DNA of 63,321 nucleotides, counting the filler, from Rhabdomonas costata (Eukaryota), in the NCBI GenBank assembly GCA_019059605.1. It is 23 parts of 23 records of this genome, joined end to end, with 100 filler letters (N's around TTAATTAATTAA, not from the genome) between each part and the next. Parts side by side here need not be neighbours in the genome. Positions count along the whole stretch, not along the records: positions 33,138 to 35,791 come from JAHMHO010002472.1; positions 35,892 to 38,541 come from JAHMHO010002473.1; positions 38,642 to 41,298 come from JAHMHO010002474.1; positions 41,399 to 44,053 come from JAHMHO010002475.1; positions 44,154 to 46,807 come from JAHMHO010002476.1; positions 46,908 to 49,554 come from JAHMHO010002477.1; 17 more parts are not named here. One strand, given 5' to 3'. Numbering within the stretch: position 1 is the stretch's first letter; each line of letters starts with the position of its first letter. The notes beneath the pieces were generated by a model. The model had not been told where the DNA came from. It saw only the letters and a program-made list of their open reading frames with translations, and ran no database searches. Positions 34,966 through 46,937 of this stretch are shown piece after piece. Position numbers and translations under genes: made by a program.

Positions 34966-35637
34966 GTGGGCTTCGCAGCGGCCAGTTCCGCTCTCAGGCG
35001 TCCCAGCTCCACCCGCGCCGAGTAGCATCGCCAGGCCCGCTGAATCACAACCGCAGTGCTGTCGTGGAGCTCGTGCAGAATGGTCCGCCGCCTCTCCTCG
35101 TTTCTCTGCGACGTCTGCCACAGCGACAAGAGAGAAGATAGAGATGGCAGGGGGTAAGGAAGCGGGCGAAGTGGAAACCAATCACAACGGGCAAAAAGAA
35201 ATCCGTTTTGGAAGGTCTCTGATCAAGTCAGCCCACTGCAAATAAGCTCACAACCAAACTTGCGATATCTCTCCAAAATAAATGACACGAGCATGTGCTT
35301 CCAGAGAAACCCGTGGTGGCCAATGACGTACAGTGCTGCTGCTTGTAATGTGATTTCAAGATGAATGCAGCAATTCACACAAGTATCCCACTGAACAACT
35401 AAACAGGGATGGGATCCCAAGAAATATGAATCCACGGACGAGGCCGCAAACCGACGAGCCGATAATGGGAGAGTGAGGTAAGTGGCGGAGGTATTTACCC
35501 GTCTTTTGGAGAGATGAATGCGGTAGAACCGCTGGATCCGCAGCACGTGACTCAGCAAGGACCACTCCTGAGCCCGCCGCAGCTCCCAAGCAGCCCTCTC
35601 CTCGGCATTCCGTGGAGGAGCCTTCTGCTGCGAGGCA
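34966..35637 (-). CDS. IQ calmodulin-binding motif protein, internal exons (35637-35499, 35114-34966)
   Basis: VLRIQRFYRIHLSKRR and AVVIQRAWRCYSAR are two IQ motifs in phase-compatible exons. Confidence 0.75.
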
Positions 35638-36023
35638 CTGGGACACACATCACCATATCAATACTATCCCAGCCATCCCCAGCGCCTCACTCCCAAGTCT
35701 AATAACGTTAAACGGGTTATACCAAACGTAAAATCATTAAATCGTTCAACAGCGTCACCCCGAACCCGAACCCGAACCCGAAGCCCCAACANNNNNNNNN
35801 NNNNNNNNNNNNNNNNNNNNNNNNNNNNNNNNNNNTTAATTAATTAANNNNNNNNNNNNNNNNNNNNNNNNNNNNNNNNNNNNNNNNNNNNGCATTTAAA
35901 ATATTGGGACCAGGTCTATGCTGGATCAAGATGTGATGGGTCTAAGTTGGAAATATACACGTTCAGCAACAGACAAAAGGCTTCAATGCAAGTGTATGCC
36001 AACGTGGCCGGCAAAAGCAGAAC

Positions 36024-38420
36024 CTTTCCCGTCGTCACTCCAATACGGCACTTCACAAAGAGCTCGCTCAAGTTCATGCAGATCTCTGAAGCCGCACGAA
36101 TGCTGCGAAGGGGATCGTCCTCGTGTTGAATAGTCCCAAAGGTGACTATAACCGAGGTACCTGCACCCAATACCCCCCTCCCCCCTCCATGCTCGCACGG
36201 GAAAGCGGCTCTCTATGGCTGAAAAAAACGGTTGTGGTTAATCCCCCTTCTTCTACCCATCCTACGAACTACCGAACGATGATCTGATGCCGATGCCGAT
36301 GCCGTTGAACAAAATGGCTGGCCACAGTTACAGTCATGCATTTGACAATGCAAGAGTTCCTGTTCTGTGCGGTGAGCCTTCAGCTCCACTACAAATCAGG
36401 AAATCTCGAACCATGGGCGCCATTTTCCTGGCATTCGCGGAATGTCACATCGCTAAGGCTGGCTTTCAGCTGCGAAGAAAAACACAGGGTTCCACAGTCG
36501 ACCCAGATACAACAAAACCCCGCACACCTTTTTCATCGACGAGGCAATTGGCAATCCCGCCTTCAAGTTTGGAAACCACCGTCTGGATTGTCACCATGCA
36601 CTTCTGCAGGGACATCATCCTGGCTTTCTGCGAGCAAGACGGGAACAGGCCAAGAAAACCTCAGGCCAAATCTCTTGAGTGGGCGATCGAGTCTCCTGAG
36701 TGGGTGTCGCCGGGTGCCCACCGTAAAGGCACGTGAATAGCAGCAAAAATCGGGCAGTAGCGAACAGAGGCGCTGTTGTTGAAAGTGTCTTCCAGAACGT
36801 ACAGACGTACAGAACCACCAGAACGTACGCCGGACCACCGTTCTCAAAATGCGATTTCTCCAGCAGCCACGGGCACTTGACAGCAACTGCAAAAGAACCA
36901 AGGGAATTCGCGGTCATCCTCCTCAGCGTATTCGACCTGTTGCAGGGTACCCTGTGCGAGGCACCTTCGTGAACCTAACTTCGAGGAACCCCCCGGGAAC
37001 TTCTCAGCAATCTTTAGTGTTTGTCAACTGGTAAAAAAAAGGGCGGAGGAAATGCATCTTCGACTCATAAACAGATCCTCGAACAAAAGCGCAAACCTGG
37101 CGCCCCTGCTCCGTTGGAACGGAGGGAAGGTCCAAGTTCACAAAGAGCACAGACATCAGCCGCAGCTCTGCAACCTCAGTGAGCTGCCCCGAATCAATCT
37201 GTGTGCGAAGGACGTCCAGACGTGCAAGCTGGGGCATACCACACCCAAACCATGCATTGGCGGTAGTGCACTTATGGTCCACCACAATCAAGTGCATGCA
37301 TGCCCCACCCCCTCAGTAAGGTAGGTCCACCGCATTTGAGCTGCGAAGCATTGCTTTTATGGGTCGTCCCTTCTCGAGAATGTGGTGCACGAGTCCACTG
37401 GGACCTTGGCCCGTGAGGGCGTGCCCCTGGGTCACGCGTAAAAATTGTCAAAAAATCCACTGAGGAGGGGTTGTCTGCAGCGAGGGTGAGGGGAGAGCAC
37501 TGCACCTGTAGCAAGGATAAGGGGTTGATGAACTGCCTCAAAAAGGGTTCCATTGCCCTCCGCACGGTTACCCGTCGGACCAACTCCGAGGATGAGCGCA
37601 GGAACCGCGACTGAGGTCCTGTGCCAATGGGCTGCAGGGTGCCCACCACCTGCGCAGCGGTGGACTCCAGCGGCTCCATCAGCCACGCCCCAGAGCCAAT
37701 GCACCGGGCATTCACCTGGGCGGACACGGACATCTCCAACACACCCACACACCCAAACAACACTGTTTGGTCTCAATATCTAATTGGTGCCCAGGCCGGG
37801 GCCACAGCCCCGTAGCACTCGTTTGTGCAGCGGGGCTAGACTCGGAGTCCGGCTTCGTGAATACACATCCGGCCCTCAACTTTGGAAGCCGGAACCTTCC
37901 TATTCAGTTGGAATATACTTCGATTCCACTGGGTCCACTGCGGTTCTGCTGACCGTCGTCGAGGGGGAGTGCAATTCGGAAAGAAAAGGGAATGACTGCT
38001 GAAGAACACCGCTGATGAAGAGGCCGGCTGATGAGTAAAGGTGCGTTCCGCCGGAAGCACCCCCACAAAACAGCAAAGCAAATAAGAACTGCATGTCTGC
38101 AAATTTAATCAACCATGGATAAAGGCCCGCAGACAGGCCAAGCCCAAACCTTCACCTCAGTAACTGTGAACTCCTTTTTCATTGACTCCTGACTGGAGCA
38201 AAATGGGGCGTGCTAGACGCGGTCAATTGGTGTGCGACCTGGATAGAAAAGAAATGAAGAGACGTGGTGGACAGAGGAGATCAAAAGGCACCTTACTGGA
38301 GGTGTTCCTCACCAAGAGATCGACAAAGGTGGCTTTGGCTCGGCTAAGGAGTCCTGACCCCCCGTTGAAGGTGTCATACGCCTGCTGCGACATCACCACA
38401 TCCCCACCGCGGCTCAGCGG
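36024..38420 (-). CDS. Soluble adenylyl cyclase (ADCY10-like class III), partial, multi-exon
   Basis: Exons ending 37506, then 37198-37097, 36627-36528 and 36160-36024: FLRQFINP...VAELRLMSVLFVNL...LEGGIANCLVDEKG|TSVIVTFG..HEDDPLRSIRAA...IGVTTGK (C2 domain motifs). GGDVVMSQQAY near 38400 fits the end of C1. Confidence 0.85.
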
Positions 38421-38641
38421 CAGAACTACATTTCATAAACAGACGGGGAGAGGGGGGGGGCATTGTAATTTTTTGTTGGAACACTAGGGAACCGCGGATT
38501 GCCCTTGATCCCCCTCCCCTCCTTCCCTATGCAAAAACACANNNNNNNNNNNNNNNNNNNNNNNNNNNNNNNNNNNNNNNNNNNNTTAATTAATTAANNN
38601 NNNNNNNNNNNNNNNNNNNNNNNNNNNNNNNNNNNNNNNNN

Positions 38642-38658
38642 GTGTTGGGTGTGTTTGG
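38642..38658 (+). other. Residual whole-genome-amplification primer
   Basis: GTGTTGGGTGTGTTTGG at the contig start, followed by G/T-only bases. It matches the GenomePlex-type universal primer TGTGTTGGGTGTGTTTGG as I recall it. Confidence 0.8.
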
Positions 38659-39504
38659 TGGGGGGGTTCTACGCCCAGTAATTTTCCTCAGGTTAGGTGG
38701 CGAAGCAGGTGCACCTGCAGTGTGGTCACTCCTCGCAGGAGGGGATGTCCAGCTTCATGAGAAATTGCCCACTTTTTTTTAAAACATGGCGAAAACCTCC
38801 GTGTCGCTTTTTTCACCTTGTGTTATCGCCAGTGCTGAGCTGAAAGGTGAGAGGGCCCTCGCCCAGCACGCCCATTAAATTACAGCAAGAACAGCGGGTG
38901 CAGAGGGTGGGGAAGTAGCCGTAGAGCGCGAGCCTCCCGCCAGACCACAAAGGTAACACCACAAAGGTAAAAAAGAAATAATTCACCCACTAACCAATCT
39001 CTGCAGAATAAACCATGAGAGGGCAGTCAGAAAGGTTCAACATTCAAAAATTCCATGAAAGTCTAAACATTTCAATTTTAATGAAATTTATGAAATTTAT
39101 AAAATTTAAGTGACACCGGTCCCACCGCTCCCGCTGGACGGGCTAGACTGCCGGGGGTATCACCCTTGCTGAACAGCCAGTTTCCCCTTCCAGCGGCCAG
39201 GCGAGAGGGATATCTGCCTGCCCTTCGTTAACATTCGAACACGTCGCAGCAAAAGCTACGTGTAGCACTCACAGGGAAAAAGCCTCGCTTTTCTATTTTG
39301 CCGAGTTGCCCGTATTTGTCAAAGTAAAGGACTGAAGACCCAGCGACCCCCAGTCATTCATGTTTGGTTGCATTCAGGCTTGGTTAAAAAATGTTTTAAA
39401 AAGGTTGAGGTGCAGCACTTGCAAAAAAAAAAATCTTGGACGGGCTCTCCTCCTTCGCTCCACTTCCAGTTCTCTCTCTCTTTCAAAGGTTGAAACAAAG
39501 ACAC

Positions 39505-39908
39505 CTTAGCAGTGGCCGAAGTCGCTTCAGGCAGAACATGGGAAAATGGGCAGTCAGATCGAAGGCATCGACCCCCATCAGCAAAAAATCGGCACAGCTT
39601 GTTGCGTTTGTCAGAAACTACAACGTCTCGAACGTCCATCTGGTAATGGCAACCAGAAACAAAGCGACAAAGATGTCACAGTGCATGCAAACAATTCAAA
39701 TTTATACGCAATAAAATTAAAAAGAAACCTGCCGGCTGAAAAGACGGACACTTCCGAGCGCTTTGACTCGGTTCGCCACCTCCTCATCAACAAAATGCAC
39801 GAAGCCGTACCCCTTCGAATGCCCAGTGTCATAGTCCCATATAATCTGCACAGCCTCAACAGGTCCGAATTCCTTGGTACAAAACGACTTCAGATGTCTC
39901 TTTTGCAC
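39505..39908 (-). CDS. RRM + CCCH zinc-finger RNA-binding protein, internal exons (39908-39729, 39639-39505)
   Basis: EFGPVEAVQIIWDYDTGHSKGYGFVHF (RNP1) followed by CRFFADGGRCLRSDCPFSH (C-x8-C-x4-C-x3-H). Confidence 0.85.
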
Positions 39909-41398
39909 CTATACGCAAGATGGACCAATAAAAAATCAAATTTCTTCGCTCAGACGCATCGCAACGGCGCGCCAATTGGCACCAAATTCTGTTTGCGACT
40001 TGGAACTGCATATTAAAACCCCCTCTGCACTCTCCACATCACAGTCTCACTTATAGGAGGGAGCAGCGTATTACAAAGTCTGTTGGGAACCATATCTCGG
40101 AGACCGTTTCTTAACCAATTGTGCGTGTGCAAGCTGCAAAACTTCTTTTGCGAAGAACGAAAAGCAAACAGGCAAATTTTAGGGCGAAGAAAAGCAAGAT
40201 TAATATCAAGCCAGAATTGAGGAAAAAATGAATCCAGTACGGCCGGGTGCCTGTCATTTCAACGCAGCGGTGGGCGTGTGTTGAATTGTATCAAAGGAGC
40301 AAGAAACACGTTCGTGGATGTGCTCCTGCCTCCTTTTGGTTCCTTGATTATGACTGTAGCCAAACCCATGCTGACCCCAGGTTTGCCATGAGCTGGCTTT
40401 GCAGAAAAACGAAAACGTGAACTTTACAGAAAGGCAGCTCAAGCGAGCTGATGGCATGTTCAAAGGCATTTTTGTGCACACCTCCTTTCGCGAGTGCCAA
40501 GCTTCAAGAAAGGATACTACAAAAGGAGGAAAGGTGGATAAAAAAGTGAACCAGACAAGGGGTTTGACGCAGAGATGGCAAGACACATGATCAGTGCGGG
40601 TGGCCCTCCGGCGAAAGCTCGCTCGGGTCAAGCAAAGTGTGGGAAACGCGGAAAGGGGAGTAACATGTCTATCACTCACGGTCAATGCCCGCCTCAAGAG
40701 TCCACAATCCTTCACACTATCACGTCTCCAATGGCCCCAGAGTCCCCCACCCCCAAGAAAAATATTTCTGTCCCAATGCGGGCCCATCAAACGTTCACGA
40801 CCCCAAGAGTTCCAGATGGTTTAGAAGTAACACGTTCCTTGTTGTCGGTCCGCTCGTGAGTGAAGAGGTGAGCACATACATTCACGGGGTAGTTGGAGGG
40901 GAAGGGGAGATTCCACAAACAGCGCTGAATCTTCGCAGCCAGCTTGTGCGCACAATCCCTCGATGCCTGAGTACTCCGCAGTCATGAGGCAGCAGGAGAG
41001 CGGTCGCAACAAACCAACAAACGTCTGATGTGGTGCAGAGGGTTGGGAAAGCAAGAATGAAAACAGGAAAACAGTCTCGTCAAGTAACCATGGCAGCATA
41101 TGGAGAGCAACGCGGCGGAGAATGCGCGAGGGAGAATTCGAAAAGAACGCATATGAACGGTGAAATCAATGTCATACATCATGCGTCACATACCATTTAT
41201 CTGCTTGGGACATCATCAGAAAGGCATGCAGCATGCAAAGCGGAAGTCCAGCGAAAGTTAACGGAAACACGGAAAACGAATAGGTATCCACCCACCACNN
41301 NNNNNNNNNNNNNNNNNNNNNNNNNNNNNNNNNNNNNNNNNNTTAATTAATTAANNNNNNNNNNNNNNNNNNNNNNNNNNNNNNNNNNNNNNNNNNNN

Positions 41399-41982
41399 GT
41401 TGGTTTGTAGGTGGGGGGCTCGGTTCGGTGTGCAGCGCTGCTGCACAGTGCCCCTCCAGGCACGGGTGAGCGGCTGGGGCAAGGGGACCGCAAAGGCACC
41501 CGCTTTGCAGGGGAGCGCACGTTGGGACCCGAGCGGCCAGTTGCAGTTGCAGGCATGAGTGTGGGTGTGAGTGTGCGTGTGGGGTGTTTCTTCACCACCG
41601 CGGCAGGGGAGACGGCTGCACCCTTTCTAGGGGGGCTGACCTTGGGGAGCGGAGAGCGGGACTGAAGCTGCGAAGGCCGGCGCTGTGACCCAACGGGCAG
41701 CGCCGGACTACAAGCGGCGGGTTTGTGGAGTGCTGGAAAGCCCCTGGGGGTCATCCAACCAGGGTGAGGCTTCCTCGGCGGTGAGGGGGCGGAGGGCTTG
41801 CTGCTTGTGAGGTCCCGCTTCAGCTGGTGAACCGCGGCAACTCGAGCCAACGCGGCTTGAAGGTCTCCATACCGTGGAGTTGGCTTGGCCGGGGGTGGGG
41901 GTGTGGTCGGGGTTGCCCGAGGTACCACCACGGTATTCTCCAGGAAAACGTAACTACTTCGGAGAGGAACGTAGCTCGCCAT
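41399..41982 (-). CDS. Pro/Ser-rich low-complexity hypothetical protein exon, runs off the contig
   Basis: Open frame of about 190 codons rich in SP/TP/RSP. No recognised domain. Confidence 0.45.
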
Positions 41983-42697
41983 CCACACAGGGGAAAGCGA
42001 GCAACCAAAAAAACTATCACAACAGGTGACGGTGGGGGGGATGCAAAAAATACAAGGGTTCACACAGCAACTGCACAAAGAATAGGAAGATAAGTATGAG
42101 CAGATGAGCATATGAGGAAAAAAGGGGGCAGAGGAATAAGAGAAATTTTATTCCTGCGTTAAATCATTGTTCGCTAACCAGTGCTCAACACGAGAAGAAA
42201 TGGGCATACACCGGGGCATACCAAAAGCGGGAGGAAAGTTCGTATATTGTTGTGCTTAAATGCTCGTTCCGCTGTCACGACAACAACAAAAGATACGGTG
42301 GAGAGACGGTTTCTAACGGATTTGTTGAGGGAAGTCTACGTCCCTTTGTCCTATCCGAAGCAGGGAAAGAAAAGCGTCCACTGGCCACAACAGCACCGCA
42401 CTGGCACCAAGATGTTTTTGACCCATTGGGATCTCAGTAAATTTGGCATCCACAAATTAAATCAAGAAGAAAGGCAAGGAGCCCCGACAGCTCTCAGGTC
42501 ACCAAAAGTCTCCGATGAAGCAGCCACTCACCTGAGCTTCCGGCCTGTACGTCTAATTTCCCAAACGTCATTCCCTGACGAGCACGCGATCGGTCTCCGA
42601 CCGTGGACCTCCCAAGTTGAGCTCGCACCCCTCCCAAGGAGGTCCATCCCAAGATTAGTCCGCCGCAGAGCCATTCATCCTCCTCCCTTGAAAACGG

Positions 42698-43815
42698 TCA
42701 GACCGGGGCTTCGTCCTCGAAGTCCCCTGGGCTGCTCGCTGGTACCAGGTCATCCACAAAATTCCGTGCCACGTGCCGGGGCTGGCCCTTCAAGGAGCTG
42801 TTGAACCCAATGTGCTGGACCAAAGAGTACCTTGACGCCAGCAGAGTGGGGCAGCTCACTCCCTCTCCAGTGCTGTGGGGCTCCACCGAGGACCTCGCAG
42901 CAGGGCAGCGCCGTCGCCAGCCGCGATGCTGGCCCCCAACGTATAGCTTCAGAGTGACATCTTGATACCACGGGGACTTGTCCGTAACCTGTTCAAAGGA
43001 ACGCGTGACCATCACGAAAAAGCCAACTAAAACTCCACACAAGTCCAGTGTTCAAAGTCCAAAAAGCCAACTAATCTTGACCAGAGAGTCCTTGATCCAG
43101 ATTATCGCAATCCTCATAAATCCCAAATCGAAGCACAGGCAACGTATCTCAACATCAAGAGAAATAAGCATCCAGAAATTTTGGGGATCTGAAATGCAAC
43201 TCCCACAACACCAAGAAAAAAGACGCAACTAATATTTAATCTGTTAGTACTTTGCGTCACCCGTTTCGTTTTGAGTAAAATGACGTGTTAGCAAAAAAAC
43301 ATCTTAGCATAGTGCTGCGGAGTTTGAAGACAAGTTAGGGGTAACTCACTGGTCATGGGTGGGTCACACTAGAAGCACCAGCCAGATCCGTAATTAAAGT
43401 GAGGGGCTGGATCCGGAAAATGGCGGGGTGGGTGCAAATGGGTAGGAAATGGACAGAAACCTCAATCCCCGGAAAGGCGTCACCCATCCCAATTTGAACA
43501 TCAACAGCGATTGTCATTGGCGCCGCCTGAAGTCAAGAGACGTAAGTAAAAAGGGAACCTCGTCGGCGAAGAAGCGAGCCAGGTCCATCCGAGTGGAAGC
43601 CGGAACGAACTGCGCCTGGGTGCTCCAGTACATGTCCGGGGGATACACTCGCACCCCTGCCGTGGCAGTGCGCGCCCACCCCGCGGTGTCGTAGGGCACG
43701 TACAGGATTAACACAAACCTCTGGTATCGGTCCCGGTGCACTTCCCCCACGATGCCCACGAGAAGGGGCCAGAACAGCCGGCACACCCGCACGTCATCCT
43801 CCATGATCAGCAGCC
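42698..43815 (-). CDS. GT-A fold glycosyltransferase (MGAT4/GT54- or PGAP4-like), last two exons (43815-43559, 42988-42698)
   Basis: LLIMEDDV (metal-binding EDD), ...STQAQFVP..., and SLVQHIGFNSSL, which matches the SLxQHIG..SSL motif of these families. Confidence 0.7.
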
Positions 43816-44153
43816 CTGCACAAAGCCAAGACATCCGGGAAACTTTGTGTTCGCATCTATATGTGACGAAAAGAAAACGCTCACTGCGATGACCACTTCG
43901 CATTCCTGTTCTGATTGATTTCAAAACGGCTCATTGGGAACCGTTCGAAGCTGAAAGTTACTGAAATCCGCCTTCACACACTACCCAAATACCGAGGAAA
44001 AGTACCACAATATAAATTCCTAGAATCGTAACTCCCCGTTTAACCCCCCAACCNNNNNNNNNNNNNNNNNNNNNNNNNNNNNNNNNNNNNNNNNNNNTTA
44101 ATTAATTAANNNNNNNNNNNNNNNNNNNNNNNNNNNNNNNNNNNNNNNNNNNN

Positions 44154-46604
44154 GGTTGGGGGGAAGAGGAAGGTTGTCTGGGGCCACGTTCACCCCAGAT
44201 TTGTGCAGCTGCTGCATCATCATCTGTTTCTGCGTCTGGGAGCGGAAGTGCCACCTGAAAGAAGGAGCAGAGACCCAACCCAGTCAACCCACGCGGGCAC
44301 CCTGCGATCTGGCAATCAGGTCAACGGAGCTTCTCAAGGTCAAGACTGGAGTACGGGAGCATAGGGCCACGCCAGGTGAGAGTTTTGGATGTACTCGGTT
44401 AAGTTCCCGCTTCCTGGCCACTTCCCGGGGTTTAACCCTCTCCTGCTGACCAGAGGACGTGAAAACCCAGGCGCACTGCCCATCACACACACAAACCAAG
44501 ACGCGCGCACACACGCACACACCCGACGGCATAGACAATCAGGATGATCGCCAGGAACCCTCCGATCACGACGTAGTGGATAAAGTGGTTGGGGTCAAAC
44601 ACGATGAGCACCCAATACGAGACCCCGGGCACGGACTCCACGCAGCACGGCCCGCTGATGCACAACTCCAGGGCCGGGGGCGCCGGGGTGGAGGAGTTGG
44701 TGAGGTTGGAGAGCTGGTCCCCGGACAGCAACCCCACGCTGTACCAGAACCACCACAGGTCAGGCACGACCTGCTTGGCCCGCAGGCACAGCCACGAGTC
44801 CGGGTTGGAGACATGCGTCATGGGCTCCTGTGCGCATATGCGTGCGTCTGCGCGCTTGCGCGGCTGAACACCAATCCACCTGTGCAGGTTGCTTTTTAGT
44901 GGATTGCCTTTTAGGGTGGGGATTTTTTTTACGTTAGCTCTGAGCGCGAGGCTGCTATCCTAGTTGTAACGGCGTGCCGCAGCGTGCAACGAAAGAACTC
45001 CGAGATGCTTCCAAATGTGAAAGAGATCGATGAAGCCTTTTCTGCATAGCTTGCACAGCTCATATTTCGCTGGATCAAACAGAGAAAGAGGAAGGGAAGA
45101 GAGCAATCCTGATGACCCCATGGCGGGAATACAGAATGTGATCACCCCCACACACACATCAGTAAACGACCTGCTGCCAGACCCCGAAGAACTCCTCGTT
45201 CTTGCGTTGGTCCAGGGAGTACCCCTCCTCATCAGCCCCACACAAGCTCTGTATCGACGAGTTGTCCGTGTCGCACGCGGTGTGCCAGCTGTCAAACGGA
45301 TTCCCTGGAAGCACAGCAACGTTCTGCACCAAAAACCCGATAGAAGCTCTGACTCACATTTCGCGGGAAGGTGCGTAAGCTACTGCGGGAAAACATGGGA
45401 AGACGGACGGTTACTAAAGGGGAACTTGGGTCACTCGCCTCGGACGTTCGGTGGCGAAGCCATTTCCGAGTACAGCGGACAAGTTGGAAATTTTTCGACG
45501 GCGGCCAACCGACGGCGACCAACCGCGGACCGACCAACCAAACCGACCAAGCACACAACTCTCTATTACCTTTCCACCACTCATCGAGGAACTCGAACAG
45601 GATGCCCCCGATGACGAACGTTCCTTGCGCGCGCTGCTGAGTGACTTCCGTGATGTTTCCCAGAAGGGCTTGAACCCCCCGAGGCAGCGGGGTTCGGGTG
45701 GCCGTCATGGTCATGGTGGCAGTCGCGGTGGAGGTTCGCGTGGGGGTAGGGGTGAGAGTGTGCAGAGAGGTGCGGTTGGCGGTGACGGTAGTGCTGGTGT
45801 TCGAGGCGAGCTGCTGCCAAATAAGCCTGGTGAGGTTAACGATGGCCTCCGCGGTGTAGGACTGGTGGATGTACGCCCTGCCACAAACACCCCGCGCGTG
45901 TGAAAAAACCTTTCAGGTTGAAGTGGCTGAAGTGTGTCTGGCTTCGTGGCCCCCGGCACCGATTTACTTCCGTTTTCGCTGCATCTCAGAATGCCGACTG
46001 CTGGAACATGGCTTCTCAACCTCTTGGTCTCACATTCTGGGTTGGGAAAGACCAAAATGAAAGCAACATGAAACCAAAATTGCTCAGCAACGCGCAATTT
46101 TTAACCCCCTCCATCCATCCGCGTTCTAGTTGGACTAAAGGCAGTTTATGACCCACGCTTGTGCAATTCGCACGTCGCGTGCGCAGCAATGTTTAACTAC
46201 GACAGCTCATTCATCTTATATCCGATTGCGCAAGTTGCCATGAGCATTGACGGTACGCGGTTAGAATGCATTTCATTGCTTCGCCACAGGCTCGCCCTCC
46301 CCCACAGATATCCGTTCGCGATCTTCAGGGACGAAGACAATGATCAGGTTGGCAACCCTCCCAAACATGGCATTGCACTTTCCTTTTGGTTTCGAGAAGG
46401 AGTACCCTTTTGTGGTCACGGGATAGTAGTTCCACGTGAATGGAGAGGACGCCACGAGCTGGTTGACCGCACGCACGTCCATGGCGTCGTCCATGCCGTA
46501 CTCGCTGATCAGCAGCGGCTTCTCGGACAGATACGTCGTGAACAAGTCCGTGAATGTAGAGCCACGATAGGGCTGCACGCTCCAGATGTCCAGGGAAGCA
46601 AAAT
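44154..46604 (-). CDS. Clan GH-A (GH2 TIM-barrel-like) glycoside hydrolase domain followed by a TM helix and cytosolic tail, partial
   Basis: Exons 46604-46406, 45877-45570, 45304-45171, 44827-44523 and 44254-end splice in phase: DIWSVQPYRG..F..LF...KPLLISEYG (nucleophile Glu), GGILFEFLDEWWKG, NEEFFG, then YVVIGGFLAIILIVYAVGW. Confidence 0.8.
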
Positions 46605-46937
46605 CTGCGGAGCATCCAAGAGTTAGGCTCATACCCCCCACCCCCACCCCCAGCCCGCCTCGAGAAACATATAGACAACAACGACACAAAGCATCAAGGT
46701 GATGTAAGGTCAGACTACTTTATTCTGAAAAGAGATGCAGTGGTGAGGAGATAAACCTCTAACTCCCCATAAGCAGCTCCAGTGCCTCAACTAAACCAAG
46801 CCCACACNNNNNNNNNNNNNNNNNNNNNNNNNNNNNNNNNNNNNNNNNNNNTTAATTAATTAANNNNNNNNNNNNNNNNNNNNNNNNNNNNNNNNNNNNN
46901 NNNNNNNTGTGTTGGTGTGTGTGGGTGGGGGGGTTCC

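Noticed and set aside
37737-37763. Internal amplification-primer chimera (A/C-only run)
   Set aside because: Not an exact primer match, and cyclase-like exons lie on both sides, so a GT-rich intron is the simpler reading.
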